DNA of 32,000 nucleotides from Candidatus Kuenenia stuttgartensis. GTDB lineage: Bacteria; Planctomycetota; Brocadiia; Brocadiales; Brocadiaceae. This document shows positions 7,411-17,225 of this stretch, one piece after another. Numbering within the stretch: the stretch's first letter is position 1; the number at the start of each line of letters is the position of its first letter. The DNA is taken from positions 1,500,001-1,532,000 of the forward strand of contig NZ_LT934425.1 of assembly GCF_900232105.1 (NCBI RefSeq), in the 5' to 3' direction. The translations under genes and the position numbers were made by a program. Under the pieces are notes generated by a model. The model did no database searches. It saw only the letters and a program-made list of their open reading frames with translations, and had not been told where the DNA came from.

Positions 7411-7618
7411 CAACGGCAGACAGGTGGCGAGGCTGCATAAGCACTAAGTTAAAATGACTGATTAATTTAAACGAGCAAGGCAAGATGTCCGTGTTTTTCG
7501 AGGGCATCCCCGACCTCCGAATGAATAACGAAAGTCGAACAAGGAATTCCGAATCATGAAGTAGGAGTGTATGCAATACGCCACCACACCATGCTGCAAA
7601 ACATCGCTATTATTGGAG

Positions 7619-7643
7619 TTTTTCAAAAGACTAAAGTGTTACA
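7619..7643 (+). repeat. 25-nt dispersed motif, copy C (TTTTTCAAAAGACTAAAGTGTTACA)
   Basis: Near-identical to the copies at 2581-2606 (reverse), 6217-6241 and 12288-12305 (reverse). It lies 160 nt upstream of comM. Confidence 0.7.
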
Positions 7644-7802
7644 AAGTGACATTATCAATGGCTTTAGCCCTCAGGTAAAGTTAACCCAATACGTTCCACT
7701 GCCCAGGAAATAAAGGTTAATCAACATGGTCATATGTTAATTTAAATCTCGGGTTTAATAGTGTAATTTAAACCTGACTTTATCCCGCTGCGACCCGATT
7801 AT

Positions 7803-9335
7803 ATGCTGGCAAATGTAAAAAGCGTTTCTGTTTATGGTATTGAAGGATATCTGGTGGAAGTAGAGATATGTATCGTAAAGGGAGAGATGCCTTCTACGAT
7901 TATTGTGGGGCTGCCGGATACTGCGGTAAAGGAGAGCCGGGACAGAGTAAAGGCTGCGCTGAATAACAGCGGTTACCGGTTCCCCAGTAATGTCATAATA
8001 AACCTTGCGCCTGCGGACAGAAAAAAGGAAGGGCCTGTTTTTGAACTGCCGATTGCGGTAGGGATCCTTGCCGCTACAGGCCAGTTAGAAATATCTGATC
8101 TGCACGAATATGCCATTGTGGGTGAATTATCATTAGATGGAAAGGTGCGCCCGGTAAAAGGCTGCCTGCCGATGGCATTGAAATGTCGTGAACTGGGAAT
8201 AAGGAAGCTAATCCTCCCTTCCGTGAATGCGCCTGAGGCAGCGGTAGTGGAAGGGATCGACATTCTGCCGGTTGAAACGTTTGAGCAAACGGCAGGAATC
8301 CTTTCAAAGGCAATCGTCCCTGAAAAATTCCGGATCGATCCCGACAAGATGTTCGGGAATCATACGGGATATGATGTTGATTTTGCAGAGATAAAGGGCC
8401 AGGAGCATGCAAAGCGGGCGTTAACCGTCGCGGTGGCGGGCAATCATAATGTACTGCTGGTTGGGCCGCCGGGGGCGGGGAAAACAATGCTTGTGCAGCG
8501 TATCCCTACGATCATGCCGCAGCTTACCCTTGAAGAGGCTCTCGAAACCACAAAAATATACAGCGTGCTGGGGCTTCTGGATGCAAAGAAATATTTAATT
8601 GCAACAAGGCCGTTCAGGGCGCCCCACCATACCATCAGCACTGCAGGATTGATTGGCGGCGGGTCTGCCCCAAGGGCGGGAGAAATCAGCCTTTCACATA
8701 ACGGGGTATTATTCATGGACGAACTTCCCGAGTTCGACAGAAAAACGCTGGAAGTGCTTCGCCAGCCGCTGGAGACGGGCGATGTTACAATATCGCGGGC
8801 TATGAATTCGGTGACGTACCCTGCCAGTTTTATGCTGGTGTGCGCAATGAACCCTTGCCCGTGCGGATACTATACCGACAGGAAAAAGGAATGCCGCTGC
8901 ACTTCATATCAGATACAAAAATACTCTTCCAAGGTATCAGGGCCTCTGATGGACAGGATTGATATCCATCTGGAGATACCGGCGGTAAGTTACAGGGAGC
9001 TTTTATCGGACGCAGAAGGACATTCCTCTGAATCGTTAAGAGAAAAGACAGTTCGTGCGAGAGAGATACAGAGAGAACGCTTTCATGGACAAAAAATAAA
9101 GGTAAATGCACATATGACTTCAAAACAGCTAAAAAAATATTGCGTGCTGGACAAGCAGGCAGAATCGTTGCTGCATCAGGCAATGGTAGCGCTGGGCATC
9201 TCCGCCCGCGGACACAGCAAAATACTAAAGGTTGCCCGCACCATTGCTGATCTGGACGGGAGCGATGCAATAAAAGAGGAACATATTTCTGAAGCGACAC
9301 AGTACAGAAGCCTGGACAGAGGGCTGCAGAAATGA
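7803..9335 (+). CDS. comM: YifB/ComM-family Mg-chelatase-like AAA+ ATPase
   Basis: It has a Lon-protease-like N-terminal domain (LAPADRKKEGPVFELPIAVGIL), Walker A LVGPPGAGKT, Walker B VLFMDELPEF and the C-terminal Mg_chelatase_C pattern. Confidence 0.9.
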   Translation: MLANVKSVSVYGIEGYLVEVEICIVKGEMPSTIIVGLPDTAVKESRDRVKAALNNSGYRFPSNVIINLAPADRKKEGPVFELPIAVGILAATGQLEISDLHEYAIVGELSLDGKVRPVKGCLPMALKCRELGIRKLILPSVNAPEAAVVEGIDILPVETFEQTAGILSKAIVPEKFRIDPDKMFGNHTGYDVDFAEIKGQEHAKRALTVAVAGNHNVLLVGPPGAGKTMLVQRIPTIMPQLTLEEALETTKIYSVLGLLDAKKYLIATRPFRAPHHTISTAGLIGGGSAPRAGEISLSHNGVLFMDELPEFDRKTLEVLRQPLETGDVTISRAMNSVTYPASFMLVCAMNPCPCGYYTDRKKECRCTSYQIQKYSSKVSGPLMDRIDIHLEIPAVSYRELLSDAEGHSSESLREKTVRAREIQRERFHGQKIKVNAHMTSKQLKKYCVLDKQAESLLHQAMVALGISARGHSKILKVARTIADLDGSDAIKEEHISEATQYRSLDRGLQK

Positions 9336-10822
9336 ATATCCTTTTGATAGATCCACCGTTTTACCGGTTCTTCCAATATTACAACCGGTATTTCCCCCTG
9401 GGTTTGAGCTATCTGGCGTCCATACTGAAAAAAGCAGGGCACAATGTGACGATTTATGACGCTGACTGCAATAAAGACTCCAAAGGAATGGACTATACCA
9501 GATTGCCGGAGATGTATGCCGCTTATTTAAAAGAGCTGAGAAATCCGGAAAATCACATCATAAAAGAACTATCGGAAACACTGAAAACCTGCCGGCCGGA
9601 CATTGTAGGAATTACCGTAATGACCCCAAAAGCGGCATCTGCTTTTACCGTAGCGTCATTGGTGAAAAAATACGATAAAAAATGCCACGTGGTTTTTGGG
9701 GGCCCTCACGCAACATTAAAACCTGAGGAAGTATTAACGATCTCCGGAGATGTTGACTTTGTTATCAGCGGGGAAGGCGAAGGCGCTTTTCCGGAACTGG
9801 TACACTTGCTGGAGAAAAAAGAAGGGGGATTTGAGAAAATAGCAGGCCTCTCCTATTACAGGGACGGCAGGAAAGCAAGCAGCGGTTCGGGAAAATTTAT
9901 TGATAATCTGGACACGCTGCCCTTCCCCGACAGGGAATCTTTGTTGGGGGCAGATACCTACACATCTGAGGACATGGGGCTGATAATGGGGAGCAGGGGC
10001 TGTCCGTTTAACTGCTCTTATTGCGCCACACAAATCTGGACAAGGAAAGTAAGGTATCGTTCAATACCAAATATCATTGAAGAAATAAAATACGTTAACG
10101 AAAGATATGGCACACACCAGTTTACCTTCAAAGACGACTCTTTTACCGTTAGCAAAAAAAGGGTTGCGGAGTTTTGTGATGCATTGTTAAAAGTAGGGCT
10201 GAAGGTAAAATGGGACTGCAACACAAGGGCTGACCTGGTAGACCTTCCCCTACTTAAAACGATGAAAAAAGCAGGCTGCAACAGTATTAAGGTAGGCGTT
10301 GAGTCCGGCAGTGAAAGAATCCTGAAGATTATGGACAAAGGAGTGTCATTGGAGCAGGTAAAGGAATCCGCAAAACTTTTCCGGAAGGCGGGGATACACT
10401 GGACGGCATATTTCATGATGGGTGTGCCTACGGAGACAAAGGAAGATGTAAAAGAGACCGTAAAGCTGCTGTATGAAATCAAACCAAGCTTTGCATCGGT
10501 GGGGGTGTATGAACCGTTTCCCGGCACAAAATTGTTCGATATCGGCGTTGAAAGGGGGCTGGTGAAAAGGGATATGGCGTATGAAGAATATTTTCTGCGG
10601 ATACCCAGCGACTATTATCTAAAGGATGTGAAAAAAAGAAGCGATACGATGGATGAGGAAGAATTCACTGCCCTTGAAAGGGAAGTAAAAGAAACGTTTC
10701 ATGATTATAACAAAAATATCACCCGCATATATGAAAGGGCAAAGGCAAGAAGCTCGGTCTATGTGCGCAATCCTAAGATTTTTTTGAGCGATATTGAAAA
10801 ATTTCTCGGGTGGATGAGATAA
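9332..10822 (+). CDS. B12-binding-domain radical SAM protein
   Basis: The N-terminal region is cobalamin-binding-like (LLIDPP..., GITVMTP, VVFGGPHAT). The radical SAM cluster motif is CPFNCSYC. Its ATG overlaps the comM stop (ATGA). Confidence 0.8.
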   Translation: MNILLIDPPFYRFFQYYNRYFPLGLSYLASILKKAGHNVTIYDADCNKDSKGMDYTRLPEMYAAYLKELRNPENHIIKELSETLKTCRPDIVGITVMTPKAASAFTVASLVKKYDKKCHVVFGGPHATLKPEEVLTISGDVDFVISGEGEGAFPELVHLLEKKEGGFEKIAGLSYYRDGRKASSGSGKFIDNLDTLPFPDRESLLGADTYTSEDMGLIMGSRGCPFNCSYCATQIWTRKVRYRSIPNIIEEIKYVNERYGTHQFTFKDDSFTVSKKRVAEFCDALLKVGLKVKWDCNTRADLVDLPLLKTMKKAGCNSIKVGVESGSERILKIMDKGVSLEQVKESAKLFRKAGIHWTAYFMMGVPTETKEDVKETVKLLYEIKPSFASVGVYEPFPGTKLFDIGVERGLVKRDMAYEEYFLRIPSDYYLKDVKKRSDTMDEEEFTALEREVKETFHDYNKNITRIYERAKARSSVYVRNPKIFLSDIEKFLGWMR

Positions 10823-10834
10823 AGAGATAGAACA

Positions 10835-12217
10835 ATGAAAATTCATTATCCGGTTTCCCGAAGAAAAATAGTACTGGTGTTGGGAGATATCTGCATCGTA
10901 AACCTTGCAATATTGTTATCTGCAATCGTTCGTCTGGGCGTTGAGGGCGGGCTAAGTTACGTAAGAGGAAATCCCTTGTCGTTTGCGGTTTACGGCATTG
11001 TTCTTATAACAATATTCTCCTTTGCGGATCTATACGATACCCGTAAGGACTATAAATCTATCGGCACTGCCCTCTCTATCATTTTCGCAACTGCAGTAGC
11101 CTTTGTTATAACGACGTTTATATTTTACATAAATGGATCATTGAAGATAGGAAGGGGCGTTTTCTTCATCAATGGAGCGCTCATTATTGTCTTTATTACG
11201 GGCTGGAGAATGCTCTACAGTTATATAATAGAGCAGCCGCTTTTTAACAGGAGGGCGCTTATTATAGGCGCCGGTTGGGCAGGAAGAACCATTTTAGGGG
11301 AGATTCGCAAGGCAAAAAAAGCGGGAATAAAAGTGACGGGGTTTATTGACGATGATCCGGAAAAGTTAAACACGCAAATATGCGGAGCGCCCGTCCTGGG
11401 AGACCGGTCTGTTATAAACAAGGCCATCCGGCAGCAGAATATCGACACTGTTATCTCTGCCATAACTCATGAAAAACATGCAGATCTGATTAAAACGTTG
11501 ATCCATTGCTCATGGAACGGCGTGGACGTAATCGATATGCCTACAATATACGAACAACTAACCGGCAAGATACCGTTTAAACATATTAATGACATGTGGA
11601 TGCTGCATGTAGTTATAAGCAAGCCAAAATTATACGGCAAATTTATTAAACCTGTTTTAGAGACCATTATTTCCCTACTATTATTCATCATATTAATGCC
11701 TGTAATGGCGATAACTGCCGTTTTGATTAAAATTACGTCGAGGGGAGGTATTTTTTATACGCAGGAACGGATGGGAAAAGACGCCGGGAGGTTTACCATT
11801 ATTAAATTCCGGACGATGGTAGCCGATGCAGAATCACAGACAGGGGCTGTTTATGCAGCGGACAATGATCACAGGATTACGAAGGTGGGAAGGCTTCTGA
11901 GAAAATGGAGGCTGGACGAGGTTCCGCAATTATTGAATGTGATTAAGGGCGATATGAGTCTGGTTGGCCCGCGTCCGGAGAGGGAAATATTCATAAAAGA
12001 ATTTGAAAAGAATATACCGTTTTATTCCCAGCGGCTTGCCGTGAAACCAGGATTAAGCGGATGGGCACAGGTGAAATATCCCTATGCATCTACCATTGAA
12101 CAAACAGAAGAAAAACTACAATACGATTTGTACTACATAAAAAATATGTCCTTCCTGCTGGACACTGTCGTATTATTAAAAACGGTGAGGGTGATGCTGT
12201 TTGGGAAGGGTAAATAA
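10835..12217 (+). CDS. Polyprenyl-phosphate glycosyl-1-phosphate transferase (WbaP/EPS initiating sugar transferase family)
   Basis: It has N-terminal TM helices, a central Rossmann-like region (IIGAGWAGR), and the C-terminal sugar-transferase signature RLLRKWRLDEVPQLLNVIKGDMSLVGPRPE. Confidence 0.85.
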   Translation: MKIHYPVSRRKIVLVLGDICIVNLAILLSAIVRLGVEGGLSYVRGNPLSFAVYGIVLITIFSFADLYDTRKDYKSIGTALSIIFATAVAFVITTFIFYINGSLKIGRGVFFINGALIIVFITGWRMLYSYIIEQPLFNRRALIIGAGWAGRTILGEIRKAKKAGIKVTGFIDDDPEKLNTQICGAPVLGDRSVINKAIRQQNIDTVISAITHEKHADLIKTLIHCSWNGVDVIDMPTIYEQLTGKIPFKHINDMWMLHVVISKPKLYGKFIKPVLETIISLLLFIILMPVMAITAVLIKITSRGGIFYTQERMGKDAGRFTIIKFRTMVADAESQTGAVYAADNDHRITKVGRLLRKWRLDEVPQLLNVIKGDMSLVGPRPEREIFIKEFEKNIPFYSQRLAVKPGLSGWAQVKYPYASTIEQTEEKLQYDLYYIKNMSFLLDTVVLLKTVRVMLFGKGK

Positions 12218-12225
12218 AAAAAACA

Positions 12226-12273
12226 GGAAATACTAAAGGGGAACCACAGATTTCACATATTGCACAGATTAAG
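12226..12273 (+). repeat. Mosaic repeat, modules M2/M3 (GAAATACTAAAGGGGAACCACAGATTTCACATATTGCACAGATT)
   Basis: It shares GAAATAC.AAAGGGGAACC with 6095-6115. It shares AACCACAGATT.CA with 19551-19579 and 24497-24515. Confidence 0.6.
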
Positions 12274-12287
12274 AAAAACCAGAATAT

Positions 12288-12305
12288 TGTAACACTTTAG
12301 TTTTT
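12288..12305 (-). repeat. 25-nt dispersed motif, copy D (truncated)
   Basis: The plus strand reads TGTAACACTTTAGTTTTT. The reverse reads AAAAACTAAAGTGTTACAAT. It lies between the convergent ends of the sugar transferase and PH-domain genes. Confidence 0.6.
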
Positions 12306-12320
12306 AATGGTAACCTTACC

Positions 12321-12818
12321 TTACGAAAGGATGTTTTTCATCAAAGAGCGCCTTTCGTTATAGGAAACCCTTTCCCGGGTAATAAGTTCCCGTATTTGGT
12401 GGGGGTTTTTAATGCCTTTAAGCGTATACGTAATGGTATTTGTGAAAATTTTGAGAGTGCCGACCCGGAGGCGTTTTTGAATAGCACCCTGGTGTATGAG
12501 TATTTTGTTAATGTCGTTATAGTCTATTTTCTTAAGACGGGTCGAAAAAGGCCCTTCTATAAGGAATAACCCGTTTTGGGCAATATAATATTTTGAAATG
12601 CAAATGGTGAGCACTCCATAACAAAAAAGAATACTGCCAAATGATAACAGACAAAGTCCAAAGGGAGAGTGGATTCCGTGCCACCGGAGGCTTAAAAAAA
12701 AAGAAAGCACGGAGATAAAAAACAGCAGCCAATACTGTTCTATACGTGGTTTTAGTATTGTTTGCGGCGTATTTTTTGCAAAAACAGGCAGTGAATTCGG
12801 AGCGTTTAGTTCATCCAT
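12321..12818 (-). CDS. Membrane protein with bacterial PH (YdbS/bPH_2-like) domain
   Basis: Two TM helices (YWLLFFISVLSFFL, LCLLSFGSILFCYGVLTI) are followed by IDYNDINKILIHQGAIQKRLRVGTLKIFT, which is typical of the bPH_2 fold. Confidence 0.55.
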   Translation of the reverse strand: MDELNAPNSLPVFAKNTPQTILKPRIEQYWLLFFISVLSFFLSLRWHGIHSPFGLCLLSFGSILFCYGVLTICISKYYIAQNGLFLIEGPFSTRLKKIDYNDINKILIHQGAIQKRLRVGTLKIFTNTITYTLKGIKNPHQIRELITRERVSYNERRSLMKNILS

Positions 12819-12942
12819 TTTTTTTAAATGAGAGTATCTGTTCCGGAATTAACGGCAAAAAACAGCATGTCATTAAAAATATTTATACGGGTTCTCTTTA
12901 CCAATGAGTCACATTTTATGTATAGGAATTTCAATATTTTTA

Positions 12943-13000
12943 GTTAAGCAATGAATAAAAATAAATGTCGTTGGATTTTTTTCTTTTAAAAACCCAACCT
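12943..13000 (-). repeat. 58-nt repeat, copy Y (reverse orientation relative to 22033-22090)
   Basis: The reverse complement AGGTTGGGTTTTTAAAAGAAAAAAATCCAACGACATTTATTTTTATTCATTGCTTAAC matches 22033-22090 at about 48 of 58 positions. It contains the hairpin GTTGGATTTTT/AAAAACCCAAC. Confidence 0.7.
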
Positions 13001-13151
13001 GATTTAATAGTACGTAGCTAATTCATTGCGGTCGCATAAGAGGAGTAAATTATAAGTAAGGGCTTCTTGCAAGTCAAGGCAATACAAATGGCATTATCTC
13101 AACCTTAACCGTAATCTTAAATTTTTACTATTTAAAATATCTGAGAATATT

Positions 13152-14282
13152 ATGAAAAAAGCTTTAATAACCGGAATTACCGGACAAGACGGCTCCTATC
13201 TTGCAGAATTTCTCCTTTCCATGGGCTATGAAACTCACGGCCTTATTCGCAGATCCAGTACCTTTAACACCGGCAGGATTGATCACCTCTACCGGGACCC
13301 CCATGACCCCGATGCACGGCTTTTTTTGCATTACGGAGACCTTTCCGATTCGGGACAAATAACAAACCTCATCTATAATATTCAGCCTGATGAAGTATAT
13401 CACCTGGCAGCGCAAAGCCATGTACGCGTTAGCTTTGATATGCCTGAATCCACTGGGGATATTAGTGGCCTGGGCACAACAAGGTTGTTAGAGGCAGTAA
13501 GGAGAAGCGGCATTAAAACCAAAGTGTATCAGGCAAGTAGTAGCGAGATGTTCGGAGATGCCCTTCCTCCTCAAAATGAGGAAACACATTTCAGGCCAAG
13601 AAGCCCCTATGCTGCAGCCAAAGTCTATGCCTACTGGATGACAGTTAACTATCGGGAGGGGTACAATATGTTTGCCTGTAATGGAATCCTCTTTAATCAC
13701 GAATCACCCAGAAGAGGCGAGACTTTTGTAACAAGAAAGATAACGAGGGCGGTGGCAAACATCGTTGCCGGAAAGCAAAAGAAATTGTATTTGGGTAATT
13801 TGGCGGCCAGAAGGGACTGGGGTTTTGCCCCGGAATATGTAGTGTGCCAATGGTTAATACTTCAACAGGAAAGACCGGATGATTATGCGATAGGAACCGG
13901 CGAAAGCCATTCGGTAAGAGAATTTGTCGAAATTGCCTTCAAACTTGTTGGGGTTGATTTGGAATGGAAGGGAAAAGGCGCCGAAGAAAAAGGCGTCGTT
14001 CGCTCCTTAACCTCCGCCTTATCCTCAACCTCCGCACTTAAAACCGGCGACGTCCTTGTTGAAATCGATCCCAGATACTTCAGGCCTACAGAAGTAGACT
14101 TTTTATGTGCCGACATAACGAAGGCACAAAAAAAATTAAACTGGGCGCCGAGGGTTACATTTCACGAGCTTGTCCAAATTATGGTTGACTCTGATATGGA
14201 ATTGGCCGGTTTAAAATCATCGGGCGACGGCGTCAGGATTCTGAGACAGAAGGGGATTGGCTGGATAGGGGAAATACCATAG
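13152..14282 (+). CDS. gmd: GDP-mannose 4,6-dehydratase
   Basis: It has [38 protein letters not shown], the catalytic [10 protein letters not shown] motif, and [17 protein letters not shown]. Confidence 0.92.
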   Translation: MKKALITGITGQDGSYLAEFLLSMGYETHGLIRRSSTFNTGRIDHLYRDPHDPDARLFLHYGDLSDSGQITNLIYNIQPDEVYHLAAQSHVRVSFDMPESTGDISGLGTTRLLEAVRRSGIKTKVYQASSSEMFGDALPPQNEETHFRPRSPYAAAKVYAYWMTVNYREGYNMFACNGILFNHESPRRGETFVTRKITRAVANIVAGKQKKLYLGNLAARRDWGFAPEYVVCQWLILQQERPDDYAIGTGESHSVREFVEIAFKLVGVDLEWKGKGAEEKGVVRSLTSALSSTSALKTGDVLVEIDPRYFRPTEVDFLCADITKAQKKLNWAPRVTFHELVQIMVDSDMELAGLKSSGDGVRILRQKGIGWIGEIP

Positions 14283-14340
14283 GACTGAAGGGCAGAAAGC
14301 ATATAGCCATGGGTGAAACCCAATAAGCGCTATAGAAATT

Positions 14341-14570
14341 CCTAAGCTGGTATAGCCAGAACCAAACAAGCGAGAAATTAAAAATACGAAACCCGAAGTA
14401 CGAAACAAATTTGAAGAACAATGCATAAAATTCAAAACAAATCCAAAACATACAACAAGTATGAAGCACGAAACGCGAGATACAAAAGAAGCGCTTGTTT
14501 AGAATTTCAAATCATTTTGTCATTAGAATTTGTTTCGGATTTCGTGTTTCTTATTTCGTATTTCACCTTT
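14341..14570. repeat. Mosaic repeat forming a long imperfect hairpin in the convergent gmd/U32 gap
   Basis: CCTAAGCTGGTATAGCCAGAACCAAACAAGC (M1) is followed by the arm AAATACGAAACCCGAAGTACGAAACAAATT (14382-14412). The inverted arm AATTTGTTTCGGATTTCGTGTTTCTTATTTCGTATTT lies at 14528-14563. The first ~72 nt match the reverse complement of 27140-27210. Confidence 0.7.
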
Positions 14571-14615
14571 AAATATTTTGCCAAGAAGTCTGGGGCCGGC
14601 CTGGCAACCTGAACT

Positions 14616-17225
14616 CTACAGTAGCCCCCTTTCAAAATTCCCCATCACGGAATTATTGACCTTACTCATGGTTTGAATTTTTGAAAATATATCCTGCACC
14701 ATTTCAGGTGTATAATCCTTATAACATAAGTCAACCCTGAAGTCCCTTTGACCGCCATCAATCAGTTTCGGAATGTACTGAATAAGGGAAAATGGCTTTT
14801 GTCCAATCACTACTGTCCTGCAATCCTCATTTATGGCTGTAAAGCGGTCGCCATATTCATTTTCCAGTGTCATTTGACTGAAACCGCACCAATTCTTTCC
14901 AGGACACTCCCTTTTCATGTTTGCCCAAATGCAGGTCTCTGAGGTAAAGAGCGGGGTATCCTGATAAATAATCAACTCAGCATGGGGAGAAAACAGCTTT
15001 TCCAGATTCTCTTTGTCATCTTCCGGAGAGAGCGTATATCTGCAGAATCCCAACTCGCGCAGTTTAATCGCAGAAAGCGGATTCAGACAATAGAAAGGGT
15101 AATCGGCATACAATTGTACCTCTGCGTCTTCAAATAACTCAATTGCACCGGGGTTGGAGATATGGAATTGCCGAAACCCCTGTGAGAGCAACTCCTGTAC
15201 GGCCTTCTTACAATACCCGTAGGTCATGCATCCTATCCCTGTATCCCTCATGATGGCGGGTAATGAGAAAACGATCTTGTCTCTTCCATTTGATGGAGAG
15301 ATATTTTCATTATTTTCTCCGCAAGTGTATAACAACGCACTTAATCCCCTTTTGTTAAAGGATGTTTGATTATGGCTTTGCAGTGCCAGGAGATCCCCAA
15401 TCGTTTCCTCGGTAAGGACTATATATATCTTGTGAACCGTTTCCAGTGGGATGTGGTTTAAATAGTCCGGTTTATCTACCTTCAGAGATAGCCTTATTCC
15501 TCCGGCAGAAACATCCCTATGTACTGGATGAGTAAATTCAATCCACTCCCCCTTAACCCACTTCTTTATGCTTTCACACCTGCGATCCCTGTCCTTGTGC
15601 CATTCTTCATAAAATATCCGGAAATACTCCCTTCGGATTTCATTTAACACGCTGAGCGGAACAAATAATTCATCGGAAATTTCTGTATGAATATCTTTCA
15701 GCTCAAAGGACGTCTCGCCCAGGCGGGAAAAGCACTCTTTTACCTGTTCTCTTTCTGTTGTCCTGTGAATGCTCTTTTCCAGTTTCACCGAAAAATTCAT
15801 GGGAAACGAGAAATACCTTGCCGTGCCCTTTATGTCTATGCCGTCAGGCATTATTTTGATTTCCAAATCCACGGGCATCCTGGAAGCCTCTGATTTTTTC
15901 GGTACTTTTGGCGCAAAATATTCTTTGATCTTTTGCGAAGAGAGCAAGTACAACCTTGCCCCTACCCCAGGTTGATATTGCCGTTCTGTGTCGATCATGG
16001 CAATATCACCTGCCTTTATACCAAACACCCTCTTCCCATTGACCCTGATATTCCTTACGGGTAACAAGGCGGGTTCCTTTGCGCCATTCTCAAAAAACTG
16101 TAATAAATCCCTTACACCGATTTCAGCATCTGCCCGAACGGTAATGCAGCCCTTTCCCTGTTTTGTTACCTCACCCGCATAAGCGCCTATATTTGCAGGA
16201 TAGAATGGATTGATCGCGTCTGAGGCCTTGACTTGTTTATTATTGGAGAATCGTTCTATATCCTGTACGAATTTTGGGGATTTTACAACTGCCCCGCCTT
16301 GCGAAGGATGAGACAAGAAAGGGGCATTTTCCGGGCGTGGCGCATATTTGTTATTGCTGTTTTTTTTACCTTGTTGATACGTTTCTTCAAACAGGTATGA
16401 GTAAGTTGTTTCCCGGCTAAATACGGTATTCATGAGATGAATGGCGTTGTCCATATCTTCAAGCGTGCCATCAATTGCCTGGCGATAGACATGTGTCGCT
16501 GCGGCAACGTATTCAGCCGATTTCATACGGCCTTCAATCTTAAAGGAGTGAATCCCTGCCGCCATTAACCTGTTTACATGGGTTAAAGTACGGAGGTCTT
16601 TCATAGAAAACAGATATCCGCCTTCACCCTGCGGTGATTTATAATACATCCTGCATGGCTGTGCGCAGCGGCCCCGGTTCCCGCTACGTCCGCCCATTAC
16701 ACTGCTAAAGAAACATAACCCTGAATAGGAATAACACAATGCCCCGTGGACAAATACCTCAATCTCCATGTTGGAATTTAGTGCAATATTTTTAATCTCA
16801 TCCACCGACAACTCTCTGGACAAGACGACTCGTTTAAACCCCATCCTTTCCATCTGTTTTACCCCGGCAAGATTATGAATAGTCATTTGCGTACTGGCGT
16901 GAAGGGTAAATTGAGGGAATTGAGATTGTATCAGGAAAAGAAGCCCCAAATCCTGAATAATCAAAGCATCTGGCCGTAATTCATCAAGTGCGATGAGATA
17001 TTCCACGACCTTTTCCAATTCGTCGGTTTTAATCAGGGTATTAATGGCGACGTAGACCCTGACGGACATTTTGCGGGCATAGGCAATGGCCTTGCGGACG
17101 TCGTCGATGGAAAAATTACACGCACTTGCACGTGCGCTGAAATCTTTTAAGCCAACATAAATAGCGTCAGCGCCATTTTCAACGGCGACAAAAAAACATT
17201 CCATATCGCCGGCGGGAGAGAGCAA
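14616..17225 (-). CDS. U32-family protein (peptidase U32 / Fe-S enzyme type) with DUF3656-like middle region and a second U32-like C-terminal part
   Basis: ELLSPAGD...AVENGADAIYVG is the usual U32 N-terminus. CYSYSGLCFFSSVMGGRSGNRGRCAQPC is a C-x6-C-x15-C-x3-C cysteine motif. The annotated start is TTG, directly after an A9 run (see findings). Confidence 0.85.
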   Translation of the reverse strand: MLSPAGDMECFFVAVENGADAIYVGLKDFSARASACNFSIDDVRKAIAYARKMSVRVYVAINTLIKTDELEKVVEYLIALDELRPDALIIQDLGLLFLIQSQFPQFTLHASTQMTIHNLAGVKQMERMGFKRVVLSRELSVDEIKNIALNSNMEIEVFVHGALCYSYSGLCFFSSVMGGRSGNRGRCAQPCRMYYKSPQGEGGYLFSMKDLRTLTHVNRLMAAGIHSFKIEGRMKSAEYVAAATHVYRQAIDGTLEDMDNAIHLMNTVFSRETTYSYLFEETYQQGKKNSNNKYAPRPENAPFLSHPSQGGAVVKSPKFVQDIERFSNNKQVKASDAINPFYPANIGAYAGEVTKQGKGCITVRADAEIGVRDLLQFFENGAKEPALLPVRNIRVNGKRVFGIKAGDIAMIDTERQYQPGVGARLYLLSSQKIKEYFAPKVPKKSEASRMPVDLEIKIMPDGIDIKGTARYFSFPMNFSVKLEKSIHRTTEREQVKECFSRLGETSFELKDIHTEISDELFVPLSVLNEIRREYFRIFYEEWHKDRDRRCESIKKWVKGEWIEFTHPVHRDVSAGGIRLSLKVDKPDYLNHIPLETVHKIYIVLTEETIGDLLALQSHNQTSFNKRGLSALLYTCGENNENISPSNGRDKIVFSLPAIMRDTGIGCMTYGYCKKAVQELLSQGFRQFHISNPGAIELFEDAEVQLYADYPFYCLNPLSAIKLRELGFCRYTLSPEDDKENLEKLFSPHAELIIYQDTPLFTSETCIWANMKRECPGKNWCGFSQMTLENEYGDRFTAINEDCRTVVIGQKPFSLIQYIPKLIDGGQRDFRVDLCYKDYTPEMVQDIFSKIQTMSKVNNSVMGNFERGLL

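Noticed and set aside
7165-7576. Two 82-aa minus-strand ORFs
   Set aside because: One is antisense to the ScdA_N-type gene. The other runs through the intergenic repeat region. Neither has recognisable motifs.
13999-14040. Imperfect 13-nt direct repeat (AACCTCCGCCTTA / AACCTCCGCACTTA) inside gmd
   Set aside because: It is in frame within a variable loop of an otherwise full-length Gmd ([12 protein letters not shown]). The length is comparable to that of other Gmd proteins, with no sign of disruption.
14341-14570. Possible CRISPR array suggested by repeated acgaaa-containing units (also at 27054-27210)
   Set aside because: The units are irregular in length and spacing and partly inverted. 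No uniform repeat-spacer periodicity exists, and no cas genes are in the window.
14421-14612. 63-aa plus-strand ORF (MHKIQNKSKTYNKYEARNARYKRS...)
   Set aside because: It lies entirely within the acgaaa-rich repeat hairpin between convergent genes. Its composition is low-complexity and repeat-driven, and it has no ribosome-binding site.
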